Origin: a virus
DNA: 64,000 bases
IMG/VR virus record: IMGVR_UViG_3300002835_007718
Location: 20,023-84,022 of that record
Direction: 5' to 3' (one strand)
A program made the translations under genes and the position numbers. The notes under the pieces were generated by a model that did not search any database, was not told the origin of the DNA, and saw only the letters and a list, made by a program, of their open reading frames with translations. The stretch's first letter is position 1. Each line of letters opens with the position of its first letter. Positions 1 through 10,455 of this stretch are shown here, in pieces.

Positions 1-432
1 ATTTGCTTCAGCACCTTCTACATCCATTTTAACAATGTGGGGTCTTATAGTTTCGTTGTTTGCGTTTTTAAATGGGACACTAATTGAATTTTCTTTGTTA
101 AAAATACTATATGTTCCATTATTTGATTTACCATCGGAACGCATTCCTATTGTAAACTCGCCATCAGAATTAAACAACCCATATTCGTGTATAGTAAATC
201 GTGTATCTTCTAACTTTCGTAGTTCGTTCAAATTGTCTGGCTGTGGTTCGTATGCATGAAGTTCACATTCAGGATATACTTCTAAAAAAGATTCGGAAAA
301 ATATCCAATATTAGCACCAATATCGGCTATAATAGGATTTGGTGGATTTACACCATACGTTTCCTTCAATTCTTTTATTTGACGAAGTGCGCCAGGTTTA
401 AGTTGTGATTTTAATTGTTTTGTTAATAACAT
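1..432 (-). CDS. FkbM-family methyltransferase (partial, runs off the left edge; absent from the ORF track)
   Basis: ATG at 432-430. My translation gives IIADIGANIGYFS (SAM motif), LHAYEP and IVKMDVEGAE, all FkbM hallmarks. Confidence 0.85.
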   Translation of the reverse strand, partial: MLLTKQLKSQLKPGALRQIKELKETYGVNPPNPIIADIGANIGYFSESFLEVYPECELHAYEPQPDNLNELRKLEDTRFTIHEYGLFNSDGEFTIGMRSDGKSNNGTYSIFNKENSISVPFKNANNETIRPHIVKMDVEGAEAN

Positions 433-1130
433 TATTTTCTTGTTTTTAAAATGTAATGTCCCCAAAGTTCAGGATTATCAACTTCATAAGCATCACTTGT
501 GTATTCGTATTCTACTTTTAAACCTAAAGATTCTAACATAGATTGTATATTATCAATAGAATCCATCTTACCACCTCTATAATTTTCTACCTCAACATCC
601 TTAACAACATTTAAAAATTTTTCTAAATTTGGTTCTGGTGAGTATAAAGAACGATATTGGTTATATTCCGTAGCACATATTAGTCTTTCAGTTATATTAG
701 AAAAAGTTTTAAAGAAATAATCTATACTAAATATAACTCCAGAATCTTTAGTTAAATTTTGACATTTTGTAAAAAAATCTTTCTTATTATTTGTAGTAAG
801 ATGATGCAAAAACCAACGATTTAAAATAATATCAAATTTCACATCCGTTTCAAATTTAAATATATTTGCGCTTATAAATTTTGCACTCTTAAAACCATAA
901 GTAGAATTTTTAAACTCATTTTCAAATACCTTTGATAAGTCTATGCAAACTAAATTTATTTTTGATTTTGTATTAATATCAACATCTTGTATTTCCCAAG
1001 CGTTTGGAGAACCTACTATTAAAATATTATACTCAATTTCTAAATTACAATATGATTCTATAAAATTTTTAATATCTGTTCTAGTACATTTATCAAAAAA
1101 TTTATTGTGCATCATTGGATTTCCAGCCAT
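432..1130 (-). CDS. Class I SAM-dependent methyltransferase
   Basis: CIDLS, FDIILNRWFLHHL and GVIFSID resemble Methyltransf_25/31-type motifs. Confidence 0.65.
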   Translation of the reverse strand: MAGNPMMHNKFFDKCTRTDIKNFIESYCNLEIEYNILIVGSPNAWEIQDVDINTKSKINLVCIDLSKVFENEFKNSTYGFKSAKFISANIFKFETDVKFDIILNRWFLHHLTTNNKKDFFTKCQNLTKDSGVIFSIDYFFKTFSNITERLICATEYNQYRSLYSPEPNLEKFLNVVKDVEVENYRGGKMDSIDNIQSMLESLGLKVEYEYTSDAYEVDNPELWGHYILKTRK

Positions 1131-1137
1131 ATATTTC

Positions 1138-1680
1138 CTATTTTAAATTATTTTTTGCTAATTCTAAATCAGATTCATAGTGAACATCCACCGCATTATC
1201 TTTAATACATCCCAATCTTTTACTAACTTGACCTGATTTTAGATATGCATACTTAAATATACGAACTGAACCACTGCGTTTATAACTTGGATTAACCGTA
1301 ATCAAATCATCATATTTATTTTCAATCATATAGTCAATACACTCATCAAGAGTATGCGACCTATTTGGGTTGTCTGGCTGAAGACCTATTACAAGGTCGT
1401 AATCATGTAATGTTTTATTAACTATATCTAAATATACGTCCACCACTTCGGTATCACCACATAATTCTTTAGAGCGTTCATCAAAATAAACACCATATTG
1501 TTCACAAATTGATTTAACTTCAGCACTCTCCGATGAAACTAATATGGTTACCTCATGTTTACTTTGGTTTGCATAATCTACTGAATGTAGGAACATAGGT
1601 TTACCATTCAACTCACGAATGTTTTTCTTTTCCAATCGTGTTGAGTCAAGTTTGGTTGGGATAATTACTAATACTTTCAT
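1138..1680 (-). CDS. Acylneuraminate/CMP-sugar cytidylyltransferase (NeuA/KdsB-like)
   Basis: IIPTKLDSTRLEKKNIRELNGKPM N-terminus, LQPDNP, and a DVHYESDL C-terminal motif. Confidence 0.85.
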   Translation of the reverse strand: MKVLVIIPTKLDSTRLEKKNIRELNGKPMFLHSVDYANQSKHEVTILVSSESAEVKSICEQYGVYFDERSKELCGDTEVVDVYLDIVNKTLHDYDLVIGLQPDNPNRSHTLDECIDYMIENKYDDLITVNPSYKRSGSVRIFKYAYLKSGQVSKRLGCIKDNAVDVHYESDLELAKNNLK

Positions 1681-2594
1681 AATTTATTTATAGCCCATTT
1701 GTAGGCTTTTTCTTGTCCTTGAATTGTCATACCACCAATATGAGGTGTAAATATACAATTTAATTTTGAATTATCCAAATTAAAAAATGCAGATTTTGAA
1801 ATATCACCAAATTCATCCTCAATCACATCAGCTGCATATCCGTAAAGTTTACACTCTTTAAGTGCTTTGATTACATCTGATTCATTCACAATCTCACCAC
1901 GAGATGTATTTACTAAAAACTTAACATTACGAGAAAGTAAATCGTAGTCAATCATATATTTTGTTTCATCACTAACATGAACGTGAAGTGATACTGCATC
2001 GCATATTTGGAATAAATCCTGTAATGTTTTTACATTAGATTCATCTGAATATGGGTCATAAATATAAACTTGAGCATCAAAGGCTCTACAATATTTTACC
2101 ATCATCTTACCCAATCTACCATATCCAACAATACCAACTTTGAAGTCTTTCATTTGTTGACCTACAAAAGGTAGATAATCCCAACTTTTTTCTTCTTTGG
2201 TTTTGTTGTTTGAAATTGTAATGTTTCTCATCAAATCAAGAAGAAGTCCAAATGCAAGTTCTGAAGTAGATGGTAGTTGATTGATTAGTTCATAGTCTTT
2301 GGTTAAAGAATATATCTTGATTCCAACCGATTCACAATAATCAATATCAATATGATTCATACCCGTAGAGCAGGTGTTGATTAGAGATACATTTGTTCCG
2401 TTTAATAATTCCTCATCAATTTTATAAGTTTGTTGATTTGGATTACACAGTATTGTATCTATGCTTTTGTTCAATAACAAATCCCTAACTTCCGACTTTG
2501 AACCTTCTTCTAAAAGATGTATTTCACCCTTTGTAGCCAATAAATTTAAAACACCATTTAGATGTTTGATAGGAGTTACCACAGCTATTTTCAT
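1677..2594 (-). CDS. D-isomer-specific 2-hydroxyacid dehydrogenase (SerA-like)
   Basis: STGMNHID, GIVGYGRLG Rossmann motif, VNTSRGEIV and TPHIGG. Confidence 0.9.
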   Translation of the reverse strand: MKIAVVTPIKHLNGVLNLLATKGEIHLLEEGSKSEVRDLLLNKSIDTILCNPNQQTYKIDEELLNGTNVSLINTCSTGMNHIDIDYCESVGIKIYSLTKDYELINQLPSTSELAFGLLLDLMRNITISNNKTKEEKSWDYLPFVGQQMKDFKVGIVGYGRLGKMMVKYCRAFDAQVYIYDPYSDESNVKTLQDLFQICDAVSLHVHVSDETKYMIDYDLLSRNVKFLVNTSRGEIVNESDVIKALKECKLYGYAADVIEDEFGDISKSAFFNLDNSKLNCIFTPHIGGMTIQGQEKAYKWAINKL

Positions 2595-3583
2595 AAAAAC
2601 TTTTTAATTTCATTTACCATTAAGAATGTGCTGTTGAATTCAAGTCCGCCTGTAATGGTATTTTGTATAAAATCTTTTTTTAAAGTATACTCTCTTAAAT
2701 ATGATTTGAAATCATTATTAATATCAAAAAGACCATCGTAATCATAAAAGTTTGATACTTGACCACTTTTATCAATTAACACCGTAGGTATACCAAATTG
2801 AATGGGTTTAAACGCCAGAGTTGATGGTGCTGATATAACTATTTTACTTTCAGATATTAATTGATTATCGTTTTTAACATCTACTAATATACGATAATTT
2901 AAGTTATCAGGCAATATCCCTTTTAAATATTTTACATTGTGTTCAAACCCATTTTCATCAGCTCTACTTTTGAGCTTAAAAATTATCGGTAAATTATATT
3001 CTTTTTGTAAAGATACCAAATCTAATTTTTCAAAAAGTTCTTTTCCAAAGTTTACCTTAAACGGAGATGGTCTATTATTTAAAAAGTTTATGATGACAAG
3101 TATGTGTTTTTTTTCCAAACCTTTATAATTTATTAACCCATCATTCGCAGGTATTCCAATTGGTATACAATAATCAAACTGCTTTTCTTTATTTCCAAAA
3201 ACAAAACAGTTATCAAAGACTTTTTTATACCCTTCTATCAAATAAGGATTGTCACCATTTCCGTGGGTGCAAGCCAACATTGGACCTTTTTTATTTTCGT
3301 ATATTCTATCAAGCTTCGTTTTCGGTGTCAGCCGATTGTCATCTGAAATAATGAGGTCGTATTTTGAACTATCACAATAGTCGTAAAATACTTCATTAAA
3401 ATACGCATCATATTTTAAATCAAATACCAACCTTAAATCATCATCACCAACCCATTTATGAGATTTGCTCATTTGATAAACTTTGAGTAAATCTAATTCG
3501 TACTCTTTTGCAAGATGTGGTATGATTGGATAAATTCGTTCACCAACCCTATATTGTGAAGTTATGAATAGTATTTTTTTCAA
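2591..3583 (-). CDS. Putative GT-B transferase (TagF/sialyltransferase/capsule-like)
   Basis: C-terminal SKIVISAPSTLAFKPIQFGIPTV resembles a GT-B donor-binding segment; it sits next to the cytidylyltransferase operon genes. Confidence 0.45.
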   Translation of the reverse strand: MKKILFITSQYRVGERIYPIIPHLAKEYELDLLKVYQMSKSHKWVGDDDLRLVFDLKYDAYFNEVFYDYCDSSKYDLIISDDNRLTPKTKLDRIYENKKGPMLACTHGNGDNPYLIEGYKKVFDNCFVFGNKEKQFDYCIPIGIPANDGLINYKGLEKKHILVIINFLNNRPSPFKVNFGKELFEKLDLVSLQKEYNLPIIFKLKSRADENGFEHNVKYLKGILPDNLNYRILVDVKNDNQLISESKIVISAPSTLAFKPIQFGIPTVLIDKSGQVSNFYDYDGLFDINNDFKSYLREYTLKKDFIQNTITGGLEFNSTFLMVNEIKKFL

Positions 3584-4206
3584 TGGTATAACCTATGAAC
3601 TTTAAATGTTTCAACATACTTGATTCCCCTACGAGCACATTGGTAATTTGTATGGAAATCTTCTACAACCTCATCGGTAAAATAAAGGTGTTTTCTTTGA
3701 CTTTCAAAATTATCAAATTGTTTGATTTTTTCGCTCAAGAATGGAGTCACATCAACAAATACGTTGGGAACCCAAGTATCCAAAGTTGATGGAGTTCTAT
3801 AATCTACCACACTTATAGCGTGTCTTCTACAAACCGCCATACCCACATTGTTTATTTTTTTGTGGTCGTGGTGAGTATCTTCTTCAGGTGGAAGTAAAAT
3901 CAAATCATACGAAGATATATCGTGTGTTGTTTCAATCTTATTAACCAAAAAATCATATGGAATGTTAATAGTATGGTCTTCTGATAGGAATGAACCTTTT
4001 ACGTTTGGTAGAGAACTCCAAATGTTCATACACTCTTGGTGGCGATTTCTACTTGAAGATGTATCAAATTTACCACCAATTGAAATTGTTATAATATCAA
4101 ATTGAGTGTCTTGGAACTTATACATACTTGCCAAAGCCCCATATTCAATATCATCCGGATGTGGTGATAGACACAATACTCTATCTGCGTTTAAAAACTT
4201 ACCCAT
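3580..4206 (-). CDS. PIG-L/LmbE-family N-deacetylase
   Basis: SPHPDDIEYG and DTHHDH motifs; start taken at MGKFLN. Confidence 0.85.
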   Translation of the reverse strand: MGKFLNADRVLCLSPHPDDIEYGALASMYKFQDTQFDIITISIGGKFDTSSSRNRHQECMNIWSSLPNVKGSFLSEDHTINIPYDFLVNKIETTHDISSYDLILLPPEEDTHHDHKKINNVGMAVCRRHAISVVDYRTPSTLDTWVPNVFVDVTPFLSEKIKQFDNFESQRKHLYFTDEVVEDFHTNYQCARRGIKYVETFKVHRLYH

Positions 4207-4207
4207 A

Positions 4208-4912
4208 TTATTTTTTTCCGTTATGTCCACTAATCATTTTAAAATATTCGTTATTTCTAACATCACCCTCAAGATAATCAATCTTAAAGTTATTCTTCCA
4301 TTCTACATAGTTTAAACTCATTTGGTCTCTACGAGAATGATACTTCATTTCAGTCCACCAACCCTCATTTAATTTTACACAAGATGGGTCATTATGCTTT
4401 CTAATAACAACACTTGTTTCTGCTAATCCAAAATCTTTTGGAAATCCTTCGGATTTGTATTTTTCAATTTGTTGTTTAATAATGTTTGGATTATCCTTAA
4501 AGTTTTTGGTTCCACGCTCAGGCGTTCTATCCATATTCTGCTGACCCAACTGAAATATAGCATCAGCCTCTTGGTAGATACAATTTCTTTTATCAAAACA
4601 TTTCATATGGTCATATGTTTGAAAAATTTTACCATCAAGCAATGGATTCAAATCTTTTAACATTAACATATTACCATCCATCCAAATGGAATACTCATAC
4701 TCCGAAACATATCGGTGTGGTAGGGCTTTATACTTTCTAGCGTTTCTCGTTGGGTCTTCGTAGATTTGATTTACCTTAACAACCTTCCAAAAATCAGATT
4801 GAAACTCGTGGTCTGAAAAGCAGATATAGTCAATCCCTTCAGATTTGTATTGTCCTTGTGGTAAGTCATCATACTTACCAAATATAGCGGTGTAAACTAC
4901 TCCCTTTTTCAT
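4208..4912 (-). CDS. DUF616-like glycosyltransferase (GT-A)
   Basis: VYTAIFGKYDDL, SIWMDGN and SRRDQMSLNY. Confidence 0.8.
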   Translation of the reverse strand: MKKGVVYTAIFGKYDDLPQGQYKSEGIDYICFSDHEFQSDFWKVVKVNQIYEDPTRNARKYKALPHRYVSEYEYSIWMDGNMLMLKDLNPLLDGKIFQTYDHMKCFDKRNCIYQEADAIFQLGQQNMDRTPERGTKNFKDNPNIIKQQIEKYKSEGFPKDFGLAETSVVIRKHNDPSCVKLNEGWWTEMKYHSRRDQMSLNYVEWKNNFKIDYLEGDVRNNEYFKMISGHNGKK

Positions 4913-5748
4913 AGATAAAATTGACTACGGATTATGTTAGAACCAAGGTTTGGTCTTGCGACGGTGTAAGTGGGTGAGTAATTTGAAATGGTGTCGTTCA
5001 TACCTGTTTGATTACCCACATTGAACTTGGATTTAGTTTTGATATACAACTGAACTCGTGTGTTGATGTGTCTCATATCCAAAGCCGGTTTGAACACCAA
5101 ACCCACATCCTGCGATTTAGTCCAATAAAACATAGGTAGGTCATACTCATCAATTTTTTGTTGGATTTTCTCAATACCAACACCATCAAATCTATTTGAA
5201 ATCAGTAGAGTTCCAAAATCATCATCACAATGGTCTTTGATTACATTATCACCAAATTCCTTTTCTTCATCAGAAAAATACAACTCTGGCTCAATATCTT
5301 CAAAAGAATCAAACTGCCAGAATCGTAGGATTTCTTCCATCAACGGAGCATCTTCATTTCCATATATTCGGTAGTGGTCATTAAACACATCACCCTCAAA
5401 TGAATCTACAAATCCATCCACATATGGGTTATTGTCAAAGATGGTGTGAACTACATCAAATGGGTCGTCCCAAGAGGACCAGTTTTTTTCCATCTGACCA
5501 AACATCTTTCTCAACAATTCCGGCGAGGGAATCCACACTTTACAATCCGGATACTTCTCTTTGAGTTTTCGTGGGAACGAAGAAATAATTCCCCAATCAC
5601 CAACACCAAAACAAGTTCGTAGAATTACAAAGTTTTTAGTTTCAAGATACTCATCTGGAATGTAGGATGGGTCTTCCATAGGAAATCCCAACTTGTCAAC
5701 TTCTCCGATAGGATATAGTTCGTTATTGTATGTTCTCCAAAAAATCAT
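4909..5748 (-). CDS. Putative GT9 (heptosyltransferase)-like glycosyltransferase
   Basis: RTCFGVGDWGIISSFPRKLKEKYPDCKV resembles the GT9 N-terminus. Start MIFW overlaps the upstream stop (ATGA). Confidence 0.5.
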   Translation of the reverse strand: MIFWRTYNNELYPIGEVDKLGFPMEDPSYIPDEYLETKNFVILRTCFGVGDWGIISSFPRKLKEKYPDCKVWIPSPELLRKMFGQMEKNWSSWDDPFDVVHTIFDNNPYVDGFVDSFEGDVFNDHYRIYGNEDAPLMEEILRFWQFDSFEDIEPELYFSDEEKEFGDNVIKDHCDDDFGTLLISNRFDGVGIEKIQQKIDEYDLPMFYWTKSQDVGLVFKPALDMRHINTRVQLYIKTKSKFNVGNQTGMNDTISNYSPTYTVARPNLGSNIIRSQFYL

Positions 5749-6569
5749 TCCGAAACAGCCCTTCCTTTCATTTTTTCCCAATCTCGTTCAGGTCTAACTT
5801 CAAGGTTTGTTTTCCAACCACCTTCGATGGTGTTCATATTCACACCTACCTCTTTAGCAAATGTAATCAATGCGTTCACATCTTTTGGGAAACAGGTTCC
5901 ACCATATCCCATTTTACCATCCGGTCCGGGAACGTGAAGGTGAGAATCCCCAATACGACCATCAGAGGCAAATCCGTAAAGAGCATCATCCCAATTCACA
6001 CCAATTTCTAATGCAAGTCGGTAGAACTCGTTCATCACCGCAACTTTGGTGGCGAAGAATGTATTGTTCATATACTTGATGTATTCCGCAGTGGTAGAGT
6101 CGGTATGAATGATGTGTCGGTTTTTAAATCTATCCGTAAACAATTCTTCAACTCGTTTGGTAAGTTGTGGGTCTCCGCCCAAAATGATTCGGGCTTGAGT
6201 TAACATATCCAACTTTGCGGTTCGTTCAGTCAAGAACTCCGGTGAGAATACTACGTTGTATCCGTAGCGTTGTATTAAAACTTTGGTTGTACCCGGCAAC
6301 ACCGTGGACTTAATAATAAAGATTGTATCTTTTTTAGGAGTGATTGATTCAAAGAATTTTTCAATGTATGAAATGTCTTGTGAACCATCCAACTTCATAG
6401 GGGTTGGTAGTGATACAAAGACGAATTCTTGTTCGAGGGCTTCTTCAAGGGTATGGGTAGCCTTCAAAGGGTCAATGTCGTAAACACGCACATCTGCGGT
6501 TGGGGAAAAGGCAAACGCTTGGGACTCACCCACAAAACCATTTCCAATAATTGCAACTGTTTTTTTCAT
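5745..6569 (-). CDS. ugd: UDP-glucose 6-dehydrogenase family (short form)
   Basis: IIGNGFVG, IKSTVLPG, FSPEFLTE and GYGGTCFPKD catalytic Cys motif; likely true start MKKTVAII at 6569. Confidence 0.9.
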   Translation of the reverse strand: MKKTVAIIGNGFVGESQAFAFSPTADVRVYDIDPLKATHTLEEALEQEFVFVSLPTPMKLDGSQDISYIEKFFESITPKKDTIFIIKSTVLPGTTKVLIQRYGYNVVFSPEFLTERTAKLDMLTQARIILGGDPQLTKRVEELFTDRFKNRHIIHTDSTTAEYIKYMNNTFFATKVAVMNEFYRLALEIGVNWDDALYGFASDGRIGDSHLHVPGPDGKMGYGGTCFPKDVNALITFAKEVGVNMNTIEGGWKTNLEVRPERDWEKMKGRAVSE

Positions 6570-6621
6570 AGATAATTGTAAAATTTTCTTTATGACACAC
6601 GATTCGTTTCCAAAACACCCA

Positions 6622-7245
6622 TCACGATAGGGTTTCGTAATAATCGTTTTGTCGTTCTTGTCGTTCGATTTGCTTTGGATGATATAGAGAAAATTCTTCT
6701 GCCCAAGGTAAGTTTGAAATAGTGTTGTATCCAACGAGTTTCTCGTGAACCTTGTTTTCCCAACGAATGGACTCTTTGTTTTTATAGATTCTCCATTGTG
6801 GGTCTGGAAAGTTTACCCATCCCTTTTCATCTACGTTCCAACCCCACTTTTGAATGTGGTCTTGAGTCAATCCCTCTACTGTATTTACTCGTGGGACAAG
6901 AATTACATCCACATCATTTGATTGTAAAATTTCATGAATGTTATCCATAAGAACTTCATTGGGTATTTCATCTGCGTCAATCTGAAAGATATAATTACCC
7001 AAACAAGCTTCGGTTAATGAGTTTTTCATATGTCCAAAGTGACCATCAAAGTGATACCCAATTTTTCTGATACTATCACCTAATATAGTTAGATATCGTT
7101 CTACTTCGGGTGTTCCATTATTTGTATCGTAGAACACCACAATTTCATCTTGTGGTTGTTTTCGGTCAATAAGGAATGTAAGTAATCGTTGTATTTCAAC
7201 AAACTCGTTACAAACCGTCACTGCGTAACTAATTTTCATAATCAA
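6622..7245 (-). CDS. Glycosyltransferase family 2
   Basis: ISYAVTVCNE, IFQIDADE (DxD) and WENKVHE. Confidence 0.85.
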   Translation of the reverse strand: MIMKISYAVTVCNEFVEIQRLLTFLIDRKQPQDEIVVFYDTNNGTPEVERYLTILGDSIRKIGYHFDGHFGHMKNSLTEACLGNYIFQIDADEIPNEVLMDNIHEILQSNDVDVILVPRVNTVEGLTQDHIQKWGWNVDEKGWVNFPDPQWRIYKNKESIRWENKVHEKLVGYNTISNLPWAEEFSLYHPKQIERQERQNDYYETLS

Positions 7246-7715
7246 TCTTCTTTTTGAACTTGTTCTTCTTGTCTTCTTTTAGCTACGGAGGCTATTTTAT
7301 CATTTAACCCATAATTGTAATTATAAACTACTATCTGACTTACATTCGTGTAAATCAGAGTTCGGTATCCTTCTTGAAGTTTTTTCTTACGAATCTCACC
7401 CATATAGAATGCTTTAGATGCTTCATCAATTCGTAGTTTAGTTAAATCTAATTTACGAACACGGGTAGATTCCGCCATAATCTCTGGATAATCTGCTGCT
7501 AATTTTGAAAACAAAATTGGACTAACCTTATCAAGGTCTATACAATGAAGATATTCTTTAAATCTTGGTTGTAAAACAAACACGAAATACTCACTTTTTT
7601 CACCATTAACTTTAGTGTAGTTAATCTTAGCAACCATACCACGTTCCAATCGTTCTTTTTGTAAACGAGTTGGGTCGGTCATTTTATTTCGGTGTTGAGT
7701 TTTAAAATCAGGCAT
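7242..7715 (-). CDS. Hypothetical protein
   Basis: 157-aa ORF overlapping both neighbours. Confidence 0.65.
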   Translation of the reverse strand: MPDFKTQHRNKMTDPTRLQKERLERGMVAKINYTKVNGEKSEYFVFVLQPRFKEYLHCIDLDKVSPILFSKLAADYPEIMAESTRVRKLDLTKLRIDEASKAFYMGEIRKKKLQEGYRTLIYTNVSQIVVYNYNYGLNDKIASVAKRRQEEQVQKED

Positions 7716-8982
7716 CTAATTTCTTCAATTTAGGTAGTTGAAGTGTAACTTGTTGAGGTCCTTTTCCCGCGTTATGTTTTTGTAGAATGTCACCAAGTAA
7801 TTGAGTCATTTTTCCAATCGTAAAGTTATCCTTTACATACTTGCGGTTTTTACGAGACCTTTCTTCTGCTTTTTTATAATTATCGTAAATCCATTTTAAA
7901 TGGCCACCCGCGTCTGAATAATCTATATTAAACCAACTAGCTTCTTTCATAATCCAATCATTAGCTGATGATGGATGAACTTGTTTAACCTCACCACCAA
8001 TTAAGAAGTTGTAGTCATTATGTAGAAAATCCAAGTGACCACTCCAATTTGATGCAAGGATTGGTTTACCACTTACACACGCTTCTAATAGTGGTCTACC
8101 AAACCCCTCCCCCTTTGTAAACGATACGTGTGCTTTTACCTTTGGGTGATTATACAATGAGTTCATTTCCTCATCTGAAAGGTCACCATCGAGAATGTAA
8201 ATGTTTGGTATATTTTTAGAATCAATATTACTTTTAAGCATCTCAATTCGTTCTCGTATTTCATGAACATTTGTAATGCCAGGTGATACAAGTGATGTCT
8301 TGAGGATAAGTGCTGGCTTCTTTACTTTGTTTTTAAAAACTTCAAGAAATGTATAAACCAATCCACTAACATTTTTTCGGTCTTCACCAGAGTTTCCTTG
8401 TAACCAATGACCTACAAATAAAAATGCAAAATCTTCTTTGATGTTTGACATTACTTCGTTTACCGAAGGATGGACTGGCGTTTTGTTATCGTAGATATTT
8501 TCGTGGAATCCTTCAAACAAAACTTCAACAGGTTTGGTAAGTTTTAATTCACCAATTTTTTGTTTAGTCTTTTCATCAATTTTATCATAAATAACATTTA
8601 GTGTAGATGCAGAGTGATTCGATGAAACAATATTTAAATCCATACGATTACATCCTTCAATAAATGCAGGACTGGCTTGGTTGGTTTCAATTACAGCAGA
8701 AACCCCAATATTAAAATGACCAGCAGGTTGAAATTCATTTGGAATTGTAATCTGAATCCAAATATCCGGCTTTTGGTTTAGATTGGATATAAAACGAGAT
8801 GTTAAATCAGAATCGGATTCACTTAAAGCATTTTGAGGTGTATTACCCCATCGCTGTGGTAGGATACGAATATCCCACTCTTCATTTTTTACTTCGATAA
8901 GAGACCTAACAAAATCTCTTGAACGAGAACCATACCCACTTCTTGTTGCAATAGGGCAACTAACTACACATAACTTTTTCAT
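7708..8982 (-). CDS. Glycosyltransferase family 4 (GT-B)
   Basis: SGYGSRSRD and KGEGFGRPLLEA (E-x7-E motif). Confidence 0.9.
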   Translation of the reverse strand: MKKLCVVSCPIATRSGYGSRSRDFVRSLIEVKNEEWDIRILPQRWGNTPQNALSESDSDLTSRFISNLNQKPDIWIQITIPNEFQPAGHFNIGVSAVIETNQASPAFIEGCNRMDLNIVSSNHSASTLNVIYDKIDEKTKQKIGELKLTKPVEVLFEGFHENIYDNKTPVHPSVNEVMSNIKEDFAFLFVGHWLQGNSGEDRKNVSGLVYTFLEVFKNKVKKPALILKTSLVSPGITNVHEIRERIEMLKSNIDSKNIPNIYILDGDLSDEEMNSLYNHPKVKAHVSFTKGEGFGRPLLEACVSGKPILASNWSGHLDFLHNDYNFLIGGEVKQVHPSSANDWIMKEASWFNIDYSDAGGHLKWIYDNYKKAEERSRKNRKYVKDNFTIGKMTQLLGDILQKHNAGKGPQQVTLQLPKLKKLDA

Positions 8983-10394
8983 GCTTTATAAATATCAAAT
9001 CGTTTACGAGGAGCCCAATTTTGGAAACATCCTTCAATAGCTTCAACAAACTTTTCACCCATAGATTCAGATGCCATTTCTGCTTCTGATACAATCCATT
9101 CATGTCCTAATTGACCACACTTGATTAACGAACTTCTACCTTTTTTCAAAGCTTCGTCAAGTTGGTCTGCAATTTCAATATAATCGGCTCGGTCATCAAA
9201 AATATACGGAGTCGCAGGAGACCCTTGAAGAGAAAGATTGGATGGCCACACAGGAAAAGCCCAAACCCCCCAACTCAATGATTCATTAGATTTCCATTCT
9301 CTATGATTGTGAAGAGACCCGATTTTAATGTAATCCTCTTCAGTTAGTTGTTTACCATCTAATTCAAACCCACATTGGTCTTGAAGGCCACCGGTAACAT
9401 TCACAATAATTGGTGTGCCGGCTCGTAGAGCTTCACATGATGCAAGACCAAATCCTTCATTTGATGCAATGTTTAAAATTACATCGCCTGAATTGTAAAA
9501 TAAGTTAAGTTCCTCAACCGACATTATGGTATTAGTAAATTTATAATCACCAAATTTACCATTCCATTTAATTACTTCTGGAATATTTGTTCCGTTTTCA
9601 TCAATTGGTTGAGTATGCATAAACAACAACATTTTTTTATCGGGATGTCGTTTAGCAAATTCATTAAAAGCAATAACTAAATCACCTGGTTGTTTTCTAC
9701 GAATATTTCTATTGGCCCAAACTGCAATAAAATCGTATTTTTCTAAATCATGTTTCTTTTTAAACTCAATCAAGTTTAAATCGTCAGATGGTAGTGGTTT
9801 AAAATGTTTTGAAACTCCATGTGGAATGTATTTATAAGCCCAATCTTCTTTTGGCATTTTATAAGTTTCCAAAGTCCGTTTATTAATACCATAAGTTTGT
9901 TTTGAGATAGACATCAACAAATCACAACTTGCGTAAAACGGAGCGTTCCACATTGGGTCTGGCAAAGAGTCCCAAATGTTATAATACATAATAGGAACAA
10001 ACTGACGAACTTCTAATTCCATATCATACAACCACTTCCAAAAGCGAGGGTCGGTAAAGTGTAAGATTGCATCAGGCTTTTCAATATTGATTAATTCACG
10101 AAGAATGCCAGGATTCCCATATCCCGTATGAGCATAAATTTTAACACTAGCATCTTCTACGCCAGTTTCTTTAGCTACATCAGATGATACATCAAATATT
10201 TTTAGATGGTCTGGATGATTTAAAGCTGCCCCCAATTGAACCCAATCATATTTATGAACAGTAGATAATACTATTTCTTTAGATTGAGTTGCGATTCCAC
10301 TATGAAGTCGTAGGTCATCCGATAACAAAAGAATTTTCTTTTTCTTTGGTTTATTCGGGTCTATTTTTTTTAATTTAGGTAAGTTTACTTCCAT
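8979..10394 (-). CDS. Glycosyltransferase family 4 (GT-B)
   Basis: NRNIRRKQ and SNEGFGLASCEALRAGTP. Confidence 0.9.
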   Translation of the reverse strand: MEVNLPKLKKIDPNKPKKKKILLLSDDLRLHSGIATQSKEIVLSTVHKYDWVQLGAALNHPDHLKIFDVSSDVAKETGVEDASVKIYAHTGYGNPGILRELINIEKPDAILHFTDPRFWKWLYDMELEVRQFVPIMYYNIWDSLPDPMWNAPFYASCDLLMSISKQTYGINKRTLETYKMPKEDWAYKYIPHGVSKHFKPLPSDDLNLIEFKKKHDLEKYDFIAVWANRNIRRKQPGDLVIAFNEFAKRHPDKKMLLFMHTQPIDENGTNIPEVIKWNGKFGDYKFTNTIMSVEELNLFYNSGDVILNIASNEGFGLASCEALRAGTPIIVNVTGGLQDQCGFELDGKQLTEEDYIKIGSLHNHREWKSNESLSWGVWAFPVWPSNLSLQGSPATPYIFDDRADYIEIADQLDEALKKGRSSLIKCGQLGHEWIVSEAEMASESMGEKFVEAIEGCFQNWAPRKRFDIYKA

Positions 10395-10414
10395 TCGTAA
10401 CTTTGTTGTTTTTA

Positions 10415-10455
10415 TATTATATAAATATACGAAAAAATTTACTAATTTACAAATT
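10415..10455 (-). promoter_or_regulatory. Promoter of the glycan operon, with a host-type -33/-7 pattern overlapping TATTTATA
   Basis: Minus strand reads TTTGTAAATTAGTAAATTTTTTCGTATATTTATATAA. Confidence 0.55.

Noticed and set aside
6570-6734. N-terminal extension of UDP-glucose dehydrogenase in the ORF track
   Set aside because: It overlaps the GT2 gene, and the Rossmann motif begins right after Met at 6569.
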